The notes below the pieces were generated by a model. That model was not told the DNA's origin and ran no database searches. It worked only from the letters and a program-made list of their open reading frames with translations. Below are positions 18,729 to 28,215 of a stretch of DNA of 64,000 nucleotides, in pieces. The number at the start of each line of letters is the position of its first letter. The stretch's first letter is position 1. Both the position numbers and the translations under genes were made by a program. Source of the stretch: an uncultured Thermoleophilia bacterium (GTDB taxonomy: Bacteria; Actinomycetota; Thermoleophilia; Gaiellales; Gaiellaceae). The DNA lies in NCBI GenBank assembly GCA_963758065.1, contig CAVWTX010000011.1:16152-80151 (forward strand), in the 5' to 3' direction.

Positions 18729-18937
18729 GTCGTGATGCATCGCCGATCGTTGCCAAGCCGTTGCCAACAGTCGGTCTCGGCGCGAGTGCGAGCGTCTGGC
18801 GCCACTCGGCGGAGCAGCGATGTGCGGACGGGCGCACCTTCGCGTTTAGCTGAACCGAGGCTCAGGGCCGACAGCGGATTTCCAGTCACGCTTTCGTCCG
18901 AAACCGCGATCGGAGCCGCCGCGCGCGTTGCTCGTCC

Positions 18938-21900
18938 CTAAACGGGAGCGGCCTCGCTCTCGCCGAGCAGCGCCTCCGTCTCCGCGAGCGCGGGCGTGTA
19001 GCCCATCGACGCGAAGAGCTCGCGCGCCTCGCGCAGGGGCCTCTCCGCTTCCGGCGCGCCGAGCCTTCGTAGGCAGCGGCCCTGGCCGAGCAGGGCGTAC
19101 GCTCGCTCCGGCACGTTCCCGAACTCCTGCCAGCGCGTTGCCGCCTCACCGTAGAGGGTTGCCGCGTCGCCGAAGTCGCCTCGGTGCTCGGCGAGCTGGG
19201 CGCGGGCGGCGCAGAGGGCGTGCTCGTCGAGCGGGTAGCGGGGCTCGAGCCCGTCCGTGAGCCGCTTGGCGAGAACGGGATCGCCGGCGGCAAGAGCGGT
19301 TCGCAGCATCGCGGCCAGCTGGCTCGCGTAGTAGAGCGTCTTGGAGGCACCTCCTGTCTGCTCGAGCGCGGCGAGCAGGGCGGACGTCCGCTCGGCCCCC
19401 TCCACCGCGAGCCCGGCGGAGGCGGCGGCCGCGAGTGCGAGCACGAGCATCTCGGCGGTGCCGATAGCCTGTGCCGCCTCGATCAGCCAATCCACCTCGC
19501 CGCGCGCTCCCTGCTCGCCGCGAGCGAGGCGGCTCGCGAGCTCGACCGCGCGCAGCTCGATCAGCGCGTACGTTTCGCCCCTCGCCTCGGCGACGGCAGC
19601 GAGCCGGCCGGCGCGCTCGAGCGCCTGCTCGGGGCGGCCGAGCTCTGCCAGCAGGCGGGGGCAGTTGCTCTCGAGCACCGCCGCCGGCTCGGCGAGGCCG
19701 CGCTGCTCGCAGAAGGCGATCCCCTCTTCGAAGACGACGAGCGCGCGGGCCGGTCCCTGGAGCGGGTAGCGGGCGATCGCGAGGTTGTTCTGCAGGATGG
19801 CGGTGTCTCGGCCTTCTCCGCGCTCGACCAGCAGGGCGAGCGCCCGCTCCATCTCGGCGAGGCCGTCCGCATCGCGGAGCCAGACGCGCGCGTACCCGCG
19901 GTAGCCGAGCGCGCGCGCCGGCTCGGGCAGGCGGAGCGTCTCGGCGAGCGCGTGTGCACGGTCGGCGGCCGCGATCGCCTCTGCGTAGGCGCCGCGGATG
20001 CTGTGCGCGCTCGCCAGCTGTGCGTAGGCATCAACGAGCGCCGGCCCGGGCCTCGCCGGCTCGAGCAGGGTGACCGCCTCGGCGGCGAGCGCGAGCCACA
20101 TGCCGCCGTCGCCGAGGCGGAAGGCGACGCGTGAGCGGAGCTGGAGCGCCCGCGCGGCGGCTTGGGTCTCACCGTGGGCACGGAGCGATGCGAGCGCCTC
20201 GTCGAGCGCCTCGGCAGCCTCGCGCGGACGGCCAGCCTGAGTCGCGGCGTCCGCCCAGCGGACGAGCAGCTCCGGCCGCTCCGGGTCGTCGGCCGGGCAG
20301 AGCTCGAGCGCTTGGGCGAGCCGCGCCTCGGCCTGGGCTGTATCGAGGCCGAGTGCGCGCTCGCCCGCGAGCGCGAGAAAGCGCCGAGCTGGTGCGGCGA
20401 GCATCTGGGCCTGCTCCCTGTCGCCGACGGCCTCGAGCGAGCTCGAGCGCCTGCAGGTAGTGGTGGGCGAGCACCTCTGCCAGGTCCTCGACTCGCTCAC
20501 CCGCCTTGCGCTCGATCCATGCGGCTGCGGAGCGGTGGCGGCGCGCGCGTTCCGCTCTCGGAATCTGGCCGTAGGCGACATCACGCACCAGCAGGTGCCA
20601 GAACGAGTACTCGCTCTCCCCCTCCATCGAACTCGTGCGGGCCGGGCGGACGAGCTCCTTGCGGGCGAGCTCGTGCAGCGCCACCTCGAGCTCGTCGCGG
20701 TTGCGGTCGCCAATCTCTGCTACGGCACCCGCCCAGAACACCTTCCCGAGCACCGCAGCGTCCTGGAGGAGGCTCTTCCGCTCCACGCTCAGCGTGTCGA
20801 GCCGTGCAGCGATGATCGCTTGGACGGAGTCGGGAAGTGCCACCTTGTCGGCGCCGCTATCGCGATCAGCGAGCAGTCGAACGAACTCCTCGGCGTACAG
20901 TGGGTTCCCTCCTGCTCGCTCGAGGATTGCCCGTTCGAGCTCAGGGTCGAGCGCAGTCGTGGTCAACGAAGCTACGAGGTCGGCGGTTTCATGATCCGTC
21001 AGCGGCGAGAGGTTGATCGTCTGTGCGTTGCGCTGTCCGGCGCCCCAACCCGGCCGGCGCTCGTACAACTCGGGCCGGGCCGTACAGATGACGAGCAGCG
21101 GCACGCCTTCGGCCCACTCAAGCAGATGCTCGAGGAATGCCAGCAGCGCCTCGTCGGCCCAGTGCAAGTCCTCGAACACGAGCACGGTCGAACGACCAGC
21201 AGCGAGCCCCTCGAGGTAACGGCGCCATGCTGTGAACGACTCCTGTCGCTCTGCCGGGGAGGCCTCGATCCCGACGAGCGGCCCCAGGCGCTGGAGCAGC
21301 CACTGCCGCTCGGGCTCGTCAGGCGCGATCGCCGCATCGAGCTTCGCGGCAGCGACCTCAGCCGAGTCCGACTCGAGGATCGCCGCCTCCCGCTTCACGA
21401 TTTCCCCGAGCGCCCAGAACGTGATTCCCTCCCCGTACGGAAGGCAGGTGCCCTGGCGCCAGCGGACTATCTCAGTCTTGGCGTCCATGTAGGCGAACAG
21501 CTCGGCGACGAGGCGGCTCTTCCCCACGCCCGGCTCGCCAACGATCGTCGCCAGCTGTACCGACCGCTGCTGGAGCGCTCGCTCGAAGACACCGATCAGG
21601 AGAGGCTTCTCGAGCAAACGACCGACGAACGGAGTGGCGTGCTCGGCGAAGTCCGTGCCGAAGCGGATACGGACCCCCTTCGCGCGCCACAATGCGAGCG
21701 GCTCCCTCTTCCCCTTGACTTCGACCGGAGCGAGCGGCTCGTACTCGAAGACGTGGCTGGTCGCGCGGTGCGTCGCCTCACCGACAGCGAGGCAGTTCAC
21801 AGGGGCCACGCTCTGGATGCGCGCGGCAGTGTTGACGACGTCGCCGGTCACCAATCCCTCGCCCCGCTCCACATCGGCACCAATGGCGACGACTGCCTCT

Positions 21901-22323
21901 CCCGTGTTGATACCGATCCGCACTTGGAGGTCGAGGTTTGGGTCGGCGTCGTTCAGCTGGGCGATTGCTTGGAGGATGCTCAACCCGGCTCGCACGGCGC
22001 GCTCGACATCGTCCTCGTGTGCGACGGGGGCGCCGAACGCGGCCATGACTGCGTCGCCCACGAACTTCTCGACCGTGCCGCCGAAGCGCTCGATCGCCAC
22101 CCGCAGCGCGCGCGTGGTAGGGACGGATGCGCGCACGTACGTCTTCTGGGTCCGGCAGCTCGGAGGCGGCGGTGAACGCCACAAGGTCGCAGAAGAGGAC
22201 GGAAACGATCTTGCGCTCCTCCTGGACAAGGGGAGCGAGCTGCTCCGTCAGCACTGCCCCGCAGAAGGGGCAGAAGGGAAACTCGCCCGGAAGCTCCTTG
22301 CCGCAGGAAGGGCAGGTCGGCAC
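18938..22323 (-). pseudogene. Zn-ribbon / class III nucleotidyl cyclase / AAA (STAND-like) ATPase / TPR protein of about 1127 aa, two frameshifts
   Basis: CPSCGKELPGEFPFCPFCG, VLFCDLVAFTA...FVGDAVMAAFG, Walker A GEPGVGKSRL, long TPR-like tail. Breaks: RPYHAR|LRVAIERFGG at about 22110 and HHYLQALEL|LEAVGDREQ at about 20438. 3386 nt minus 2 is a multiple of 3. Confidence 0.85.
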
Positions 22324-22762
22324 GGGCGGAGTCTAGGCTCCCGAGCGTGTCGATTCACGGCTCTCGCGCTGCCGTCCGAGTCACGGTTTTGGCCGAAACG
22401 GTGTGCCGATTGCCGGTGTCGGCGCCGGCACTCTGGAAACGTAACTCATTAACGCATGCATCCAGAGCACTGGCGCGTGGTGGCGCGCACCTCTATGATT
22501 TGCAGCACTTTTCCTGTTGCTCTCGACTAGCTGAGCCGGCTCCTTGCTGGTCGAAGAGTCCCGGCTACACGCAACCGCTCGTGCGGCCTCGCCTAGTGCC
22601 GACGCAAGGCGCAGCGATGGCTGATGCTCGCCCGTGCTCGCAGCGGGATGCTTCCTCGCTCGTTAGACAGTTGTTGCCAAAACGTTGCGATGGAGACCGC
22701 CGTCGCGTTTGAGACCTCCTCCGGATAGCAAAAAGGACGACTACTTCCGGCGGTTTTCAAGG

Positions 22763-22836
22763 GGTGGCGGACGGGATTCGAACCCGCGACCACCGGGACC
22801 ACAACCCGGGGCTCTACCGACTGAGCTACCGCCACC
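22763..22836 (-). tRNA. tRNA-His (anticodon GTG)
   Basis: GGTGGCGGTAGCTCAGTCGGTAGAGCCCCGGGTTGTGGTCCCGGTGGTCGCGGGTTCGAATCCCGTCCGCCACC. It has the extra G(-1), anticodon loop TTGTGGT and T-loop TTCGAAT. CCA is not encoded. Confidence 0.93.
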
Positions 22837-22878
22837 GCGCCGAGAGAGGATAGCGCGGGCTTCGCAGCCTTTAGAACC

Positions 22879-23033
22879 CCTTTCGGAATGAGCGACCATG
22901 TCGCGATGCGGCGCTGGGCGCCGCGATGCGGCGTCCTCGGTCGCGCCCATATCGCTGTGGATATGGGCGCTCCCTGCGTCCTTGCCTCGCGACACCCAGC
23001 ATCCGCCTCGCGACGGGCAATCATTCCGAAAGG
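22879..23033. repeat. nested repeat structure in the spacer between the thioesterase stop and tRNA-His
   Basis: 13-nt inverted repeat cctttcggaatga (22879-22891) and tcattccgaaagg (23021-23033). It encloses direct repeats cgcgatgcggcg (22902, 22922) and an 11-bp hairpin gcgcccatatc-gctgtg-gatatgggcgc (22943-22970). Confidence 0.7.
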
Positions 23034-23038
23034 AGTTC

Positions 23039-23449
23039 TCAGTCGCCGGAGAGGACGGCCTGGGTCTGGGTCGTACGTCCGATGTGGCGCCCGGAAGCGT
23101 CGAAAAGGTCGGTCTCGACGACGATCGTCGTCTTCCCTCGATGCAGCGGACGCGACCGCGCACGTAGCTCGCCCTCGCGAACGGCGCCGAAGAAGTTCGT
23201 CTTCGACTCGATCGTGGTCGTGCGGCCGCCCTCCGGGATGTTGAGAAACGCGCACACCGCTCCGGCGGAGTCGGCGAGCGCCATGAGCACGCCGCCGTGC
23301 AGCACTCCGCCCGCGGTACAGAGCTCCGGCGCCCAGTCGAGCTTCGCCTCGACCTCCTCCGGCCCACCGAATGTCCTGATCCCGAGCGTCGCGCCGAGCG
23401 GCATCTGCGCGTTGACGAGCTCGGTGATCTCGGGCCTGCCCTCGGGCAC
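23039..23449 (-). CDS. PaaI-family hotdog-fold thioesterase
   Basis: 136 aa. LHGGVLMALADSAG motif. Confidence 0.8.
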   Translation of the reverse strand: MPEGRPEITELVNAQMPLGATLGIRTFGGPEEVEAKLDWAPELCTAGGVLHGGVLMALADSAGAVCAFLNIPEGGRTTTIESKTNFFGAVREGELRARSRPLHRGKTTIVVETDLFDASGRHIGRTTQTQAVLSGD

Positions 23450-23468
23450 GGGGAGACTCTACGCGCGG

Positions 23469-24152
23469 TTACATGAGCCGTTTCTCGAGGTAGGCAGCAA
23501 GACGCGTGAGCGGGAACGAGATGAGGAAGAAGATGACCATGACGGTCGCGTAGATCGGGAATGCCTTGATCTCCCCGATGCCGATCGGCGGTGGAGCGGC
23601 CAGCCGCTCCACCTGTCGCTCGGCCGATTCCAGGAGCTCCGGGGCGCCGATCACCTGGGCGATCGTCGAGTTCTGGATGATGTTCACGAGCAGGCCGACG
23701 AGCGGCGGCAAGAGGCGTCTCAGCGCCTGCGGGAGGATCACGAAGACGTGTCTGCCGATCCAACCGAAGCCGAGTGCCGAGGCTGCCTCGTGCTGCTCTT
23801 TCGGGATCGACTGCACGGCACCGCGCGTTGCCTCGGCGACCTGCGCGCTGCCCCAGAGCGTCAGGGCGATCGAGGCGGAGATGAGCGCGTCGAACTCCAA
23901 GCGCGGGTTGAGCACGGGAAGCAGGAAGAAGACGAGGAAGAGCGTCACGAGGATGGGAAGCCCGCGCCAGACCTCGATATAGAGTCGGATCAGGGCCCGC
24001 GAAGGCATGAACTTGATCGTGAGAACGGTGCCGAAGGTGATCCCGATAAGCAGGCTTCCTGCGAGCGAGACCGCGGCGATCTGAAGGGTGCCCTTGAGCC
24101 CCACCTCGAGCATGTAGCGGAGGACGGGTTCTGCCCAGTCGGGAAGGTTCAT
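23469..24152 (-). CDS. amino acid ABC transporter permease
   Basis: Polytopic membrane protein. The ATG at 24152 overlaps the upstream permease stop (ATGA). His/Glu/Gln/Arg/opine-type permease look. Confidence 0.85.
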   Translation of the reverse strand: MNLPDWAEPVLRYMLEVGLKGTLQIAAVSLAGSLLIGITFGTVLTIKFMPSRALIRLYIEVWRGLPILVTLFLVFFLLPVLNPRLEFDALISASIALTLWGSAQVAEATRGAVQSIPKEQHEAASALGFGWIGRHVFVILPQALRRLLPPLVGLLVNIIQNSTIAQVIGAPELLESAERQVERLAAPPPIGIGEIKAFPIYATVMVIFFLISFPLTRLAAYLEKRLM

Positions 24153-24829
24153 CGGGCGTCCTCGGGTAGGGCAAGATGCCGCTCGAGCACTCTGATCGAG
24201 GCCGACATCGTCCACACGATCACGAGGTACGTGACGGCCAGAGTCGTGAACGTTTCGACCGTCTGGAGCGTCAGCGCGTTGATCTGAAAGGCGGTGGTCG
24301 TCAGCTCCGGATAGCTGATGACGTACATCAGCGAGGTGTTCTTGACGACGCTGATGTACGTGTTGATCGAGGACGGAAGCGCTATCCGACCGCCGATCGG
24401 CAGCGTGACGTTGAAGAAGGTGGAGAGCCGCCCGAATCCCAGCGCGAACCCCGCTTCACGGAAGCGGTGAGGGACGGCTTCGAACCCGGCGCGGAAGTTC
24501 TCGGTGTTGAAAGCGCCGCCCCAGATCGTCACCGCGAGCCAGGCCACGGTGAACGGCTCGAGGATGATCCCGATCTGAGGGAGCCCGAAGAAGAGGAAGA
24601 AGATCTGAACCAGGATCGGGGTGTTGCGGATGATCTCGACGTAGATCGCCGCGAGCTGGCTGACGACCGGGATTCTGTGTGCGCGCGCGGCTCCGAGAAC
24701 GAGACCGATCACGAACGCCCCGGCGATCGCGATCGCAGAGACCACGAGTGTGCGGCGGAGCCCCGCGAGGAGCTCGTCGCCATTTTCGGTGAGGAACGAC
24801 CAGTCGAAGGTGACGGCCAGGATGTCCAC
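24149..24829 (-). CDS. amino acid ABC transporter permease
   Basis: Polytopic membrane protein with an EAA-like loop (FEAVPHRFREAGFALG). Confidence 0.85.
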   Translation of the reverse strand: MDILAVTFDWSFLTENGDELLAGLRRTLVVSAIAIAGAFVIGLVLGAARAHRIPVVSQLAAIYVEIIRNTPILVQIFFLFFGLPQIGIILEPFTVAWLAVTIWGGAFNTENFRAGFEAVPHRFREAGFALGFGRLSTFFNVTLPIGGRIALPSSINTYISVVKNTSLMYVISYPELTTTAFQINALTLQTVETFTTLAVTYLVIVWTMSASIRVLERHLALPEDAR

Positions 24830-24894
24830 GAGGCGAGATCACGGAGCGGCCGCGCGTGGCGCGGCCGCTCCTCCGTCTGTCGTCCGGCTGCCCT

Positions 24895-25809
24895 CTACGG
24901 GCAAACCGTCGTGGGATCGACCTGGTTGTAGGCGAACGTCTGGTTGGGTCGCAGGATGTTCTTCGAGAACGGGGCGACCTGGGCGGGCGGGACGGTGTTC
25001 CTCAGGATCGGGAAGAACATGTCGCGCCTCTTCATCAGGTTGAGTCGGGAGTCGACCCACGCCTTCATGGCGGTGTTCCCCTGCTTGATCCCGATGCCGT
25101 ACGGACCCGGGAGGAACAGGTCGCTCGTCAGCTTGTAGTTCCGGTCGGTCACGGCGATGCCGAGGACGGCGGTGTCGTCCCACATCAGCGTGTCCGCACG
25201 GCCGTCACGCAGCGCGATCACGGCGTTCGTGAAGCTGTCGGTCACGATCAGCTTCGTGTCCTTGAAACAGTTCTTGACCCACCGGTCGTAGATGGAGCCC
25301 GTGGTCGTGGCGACGGTCTTGCCGCCGAGGTCCGAGATCGAGCGGATGGATGTGTTGTTCGGCACGAGCAGGCGGCCCGTGCCCTTGTAGTACCCGCGTG
25401 AGAAGTCGATGCGTGTGTCCCGGTCGACGTTGTAGGTGAACGTCGCGATCACGAGGTCGACGCGGCCCGTCGTAAGGACGGGCTCGCGGGCGGGAGTCGT
25501 CACGCAGGTGAACGTGACACGGTTCGCCTTGCCGAACGCGAACCGCGAGAACCAGCGGGCGATCTCCACGTCGAAGCCTGCGTGCTGGCTTCGAAGGCCG
25601 ATGTAGCCGAAGGGCGGTGTGTCGCACTTGACGGCGATGTTCCACCGCTTGCGTTCCTTCACCTCGGCCGGCAGGGGCGGCAGCTTCGCCTGTTCCGCTG
25701 CAAAGGGCACGTTCGGGCCTGCCTCACGGGCAGACGCGATCCCACCCCAGGTGGCGAGCACGACGCCCGCGAGAGCCGTGGCTGCGATGACGATCACGAG
25801 TCGTCTCAT
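24895..25809 (-). CDS. amino acid ABC transporter substrate-binding protein (family 3)
   Basis: Signal peptide, then an SBP_bac_3-like sequence (DVEIARW..., [11 protein letters not shown]). Overlaps the ATPase stop by 4 nt. Confidence 0.8.
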   Translation of the reverse strand: MRRLVIVIAATALAGVVLATWGGIASAREAGPNVPFAAEQAKLPPLPAEVKERKRWNIAVKCDTPPFGYIGLRSQHAGFDVEIARWFSRFAFGKANRVTFTCVTTPAREPVLTTGRVDLVIATFTYNVDRDTRIDFSRGYYKGTGRLLVPNNTSIRSISDLGGKTVATTTGSIYDRWVKNCFKDTKLIVTDSFTNAVIALRDGRADTLMWDDTAVLGIAVTDRNYKLTSDLFLPGPYGIGIKQGNTAMKAWVDSRLNLMKRRDMFFPILRNTVPPAQVAPFSKNILRPNQTFAYNQVDPTTVCP

Positions 25810-26579
25810 TCGGATCCTCCTTCTTCGTCGATGGTGAGCTCCTCCAGCGTGTGAGCGAGCTGGGTCCTTCGCAGAAACCTCTGCGTTCGCTCCTCCTTCG
25901 GGTTGTCGAGGACGTCGCGAGGCGCGCCCTCCTCCACGATTCTCCCGTCGTCCATGAAGATGACTCGGTCCCCGACCTCCTTTGCGAACTGCATCTCGTG
26001 GGTGACGATCAGCATCGTCATGCCCTCACGGGCGAGGTTACGCATGACGACGAGCACCTCGCCGACCAGCTCCGGGTCGAGGGCTGACGTCACCTCGTCG
26101 AAGAGCATGACGTGGGGTTGCATCATCAGCGCTCGCGCGATCGCGACTCGCTGCTGCTGCCCACCGGAGAGCTGGTGCGGGTGCTGGTGTGCCTTCTCGT
26201 GGAGCCCGACGCTCGCGAGGAGCTCACGAGCCCGGGCTTCCGCTTCTCGTCGTGGGATCTTTCGGATCCGGCGAGCCGCGAGCGTGAGGTTGTCCAAGGC
26301 CGTCAACTGCGGGAAGAGGTTGAACTGCTGAAAGACGATTCCGATGCGCTGTCGGATCGCGGACACGTTGACGCCCTTGCGAGTGATCTCCTCGCCCTCG
26401 AGGAAGATGCGCCCGGCCTGGATCGGCTCCAGCAGGTTGACGCACCGGAGGAGCGTGCTCTTTCCGCTCCCGCTCGGTCCGATGATGACGAGGACCTCGC
26501 CGAGATCGACGCTGAGGTCGATGCCGTCCAGCACGAGGTTGTCGCCGAAGCTCTTGCGAACCGCCTCGAGGCGGACCAT
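25806..26579 (-). CDS. amino acid ABC transporter ATP-binding protein (GlnQ-like)
   Basis: [35 protein letters not shown]. The start at ATG 26579 ([12 protein letters not shown]) is preferred over the track start at 26666. Confidence 0.88.
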   Translation of the reverse strand: MVRLEAVRKSFGDNLVLDGIDLSVDLGEVLVIIGPSGSGKSTLLRCVNLLEPIQAGRIFLEGEEITRKGVNVSAIRQRIGIVFQQFNLFPQLTALDNLTLAARRIRKIPRREAEARARELLASVGLHEKAHQHPHQLSGGQQQRVAIARALMMQPHVMLFDEVTSALDPELVGEVLVVMRNLAREGMTMLIVTHEMQFAKEVGDRVIFMDDGRIVEEGAPRDVLDNPKEERTQRFLRRTQLAHTLEELTIDEEGGSE

Positions 26580-26768
26580 CGCGGCGCCGTTCGTCTCGGG
26601 CGCCGCCTGGGGTGTCGTCGCGATGCTCACTGGCCAGTGGGGATGAAACGAAACCGTCTCGTGCAAGTCAAGGGTGGTCGCTCCGGGCGGGACGCACCGT
26701 CTTCACGTGCAACAGTTGACGTGAGGCTCGCGGCCATCTTTCATGTCGTACTAGGGGATGGGGAGACC

Positions 26769-27938
26769 GTGATTCGATTCGCTCGCCGACTGGCGGCCGT
26801 GGGGACGACCACGCTCGTCGCCGTGGTCCTCGCCGGGGCATCGTCGGGCGCCGGCCAGCAGCCCTCTGTTTCGGCGATCGCGGGCAAGGTGACGATCACC
26901 GTGTCGCTCAAGCTGACGCAACAGGGCACGTTCTCCGCTCGTGGCGCCGTCACGGACCGGGGCCTCGCCCGAGGACGTCAGACCGTCTCGGGCAACCGCG
27001 CCCGCATGACGATCACGCTGGACAGCAAGGACGGAAGGATCAAGCTGCTCGTCAGCCAGGGCTGCGGGAAGTCGAAGAGCACGTGGAGCGTCATCTCCGG
27101 GTCCGGCCCGTACAAGGGCTTGTCCGGAGGCGGCAAGGGGAGCGGCCGGCTGACATGCGCCAGGAAGGCGCCGCACCGCGGGGCGTACGCGGGGACGGTC
27201 AGGACACCGCCTCCGACGGCGGTCGCGCAGCCGGGGAACTACCGCGGCAGGGGGTTCAGCCCCAACCTCCGTGTCGGCTTCGACGTTCTGCCCGACGGGC
27301 GCACGCTCAGCAACGTCTCGGTGGGCGGGCTCGTCGCCCGCTGCCAGCCGTCCGAGGTCGATTTCCTCGCGCACGAGTTCAGCGGCCAACACCCGCTGTC
27401 CGACCACGGCCGCTTCTCCATCGCGGCAGACGGGTACACGATCGCCGGAAAGGTCTCCGGCGCGAGCGCGAAGGGTTCGATCGCGTTCGAGGCGCGCGGT
27501 TGCAAAATCGAGTCGCTCAATTGGAGTGCTGTCACCCCGACGGAGCCGCTGCCTTCGGTCTCGCCTGGCCGCTACTGCGGGTTCACGCTCACCGGTTCCG
27601 GCGTCTGTCTCGACGCAACGCGGGATGCCTGGGTGACGAGGATTCGCTTCGAGGTGAATCTCCGTTGCGTCGAGCCGCAAGTGACGACGTTCAAGTTCGA
27701 GTACATCTTCGCGGGCGCGCTCGCGCTCCAGCGGGACCTGACGTTCTCCGGAGGTCTCTCGGACGTCCCGCTCGCGGGCGGTGGATTGCTCCGGTTCTCG
27801 GTGTCGGGCAAGTTCGGCGAAGCCGAGCGGAGTGTCACGGGTACGGGTGGGCTCTCGCAGGTGACGATCGTCCGTGACGGGACGAAGTACCGATGCCGAA
27901 GCGCGGTGTCCTCGTTCAGCGCGAAGCTCGGCGCGTAA
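26769..27938 (+). CDS. secreted hypothetical protein
   Basis: GTG at 26769 after a G-rich SD. Signal peptide RLAAVGTTTLVAVVLAGASSG. No family recognised. The upstream part of track ORF 26112..27938 is antisense of the ATPase gene. Confidence 0.6.
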   Translation: MIRFARRLAAVGTTTLVAVVLAGASSGAGQQPSVSAIAGKVTITVSLKLTQQGTFSARGAVTDRGLARGRQTVSGNRARMTITLDSKDGRIKLLVSQGCGKSKSTWSVISGSGPYKGLSGGGKGSGRLTCARKAPHRGAYAGTVRTPPPTAVAQPGNYRGRGFSPNLRVGFDVLPDGRTLSNVSVGGLVARCQPSEVDFLAHEFSGQHPLSDHGRFSIAADGYTIAGKVSGASAKGSIAFEARGCKIESLNWSAVTPTEPLPSVSPGRYCGFTLTGSGVCLDATRDAWVTRIRFEVNLRCVEPQVTTFKFEYIFAGALALQRDLTFSGGLSDVPLAGGGLLRFSVSGKFGEAERSVTGTGGLSQVTIVRDGTKYRCRSAVSSFSAKLGA

Positions 27939-28215
27939 CCGCCGAGATTGACGCGAAGGGCGAAGCCGCCTACGCTTCCGGGGTTCTCGACCCCGAGCGA
28001 AAGGAGATGACTATGAAAGTCGCCCTCTGCATCTCTCTTCGGCTCGGCTCGGCTTTGCGCAAGACCGGCATCCGCTAACGCGGATACCAGTCGCGCGAAG
28101 ATCCCTAAAGGCGCCCGCTTGCGCGGTCGCGGGGTCAGTCGCCCGCTCACCGCGCGGGGCTGGCGTCGAGGCGAGCCGCGGCCCGGTTCATCCATCCGAG
28201 TGAAGGAGCTTTGCG

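Noticed and set aside
18690-18937. Possible tmRNA (ssrA) or second tRNA because of the TTCGAATCC T-arm and CCGCCACC end
   Set aside because: There is no GGGG 5' end or tag-peptide region, only about 240 nt is available, and upstream sequence lacks a D-arm, an anticodon arm and a matching 5' acceptor strand (GTGGCGC is the best match, with a mismatch). I interpret it as a tRNA-His 3' fragment.
18729-22762. Integrase, excisionase, transposase or phage genes within the tRNA-His-bracketed segment
   Set aside because: Six-frame inspection shows only the cyclase-STAND-TPR gene and a non-coding tract. No recombinase motifs were seen.
26112-26768. N-terminal 219 aa of track ORF 26112..27938
   Set aside because: It is antisense to the ABC ATPase gene and has junk composition. 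The real secreted protein starts at GTG 26769 with a signal peptide.
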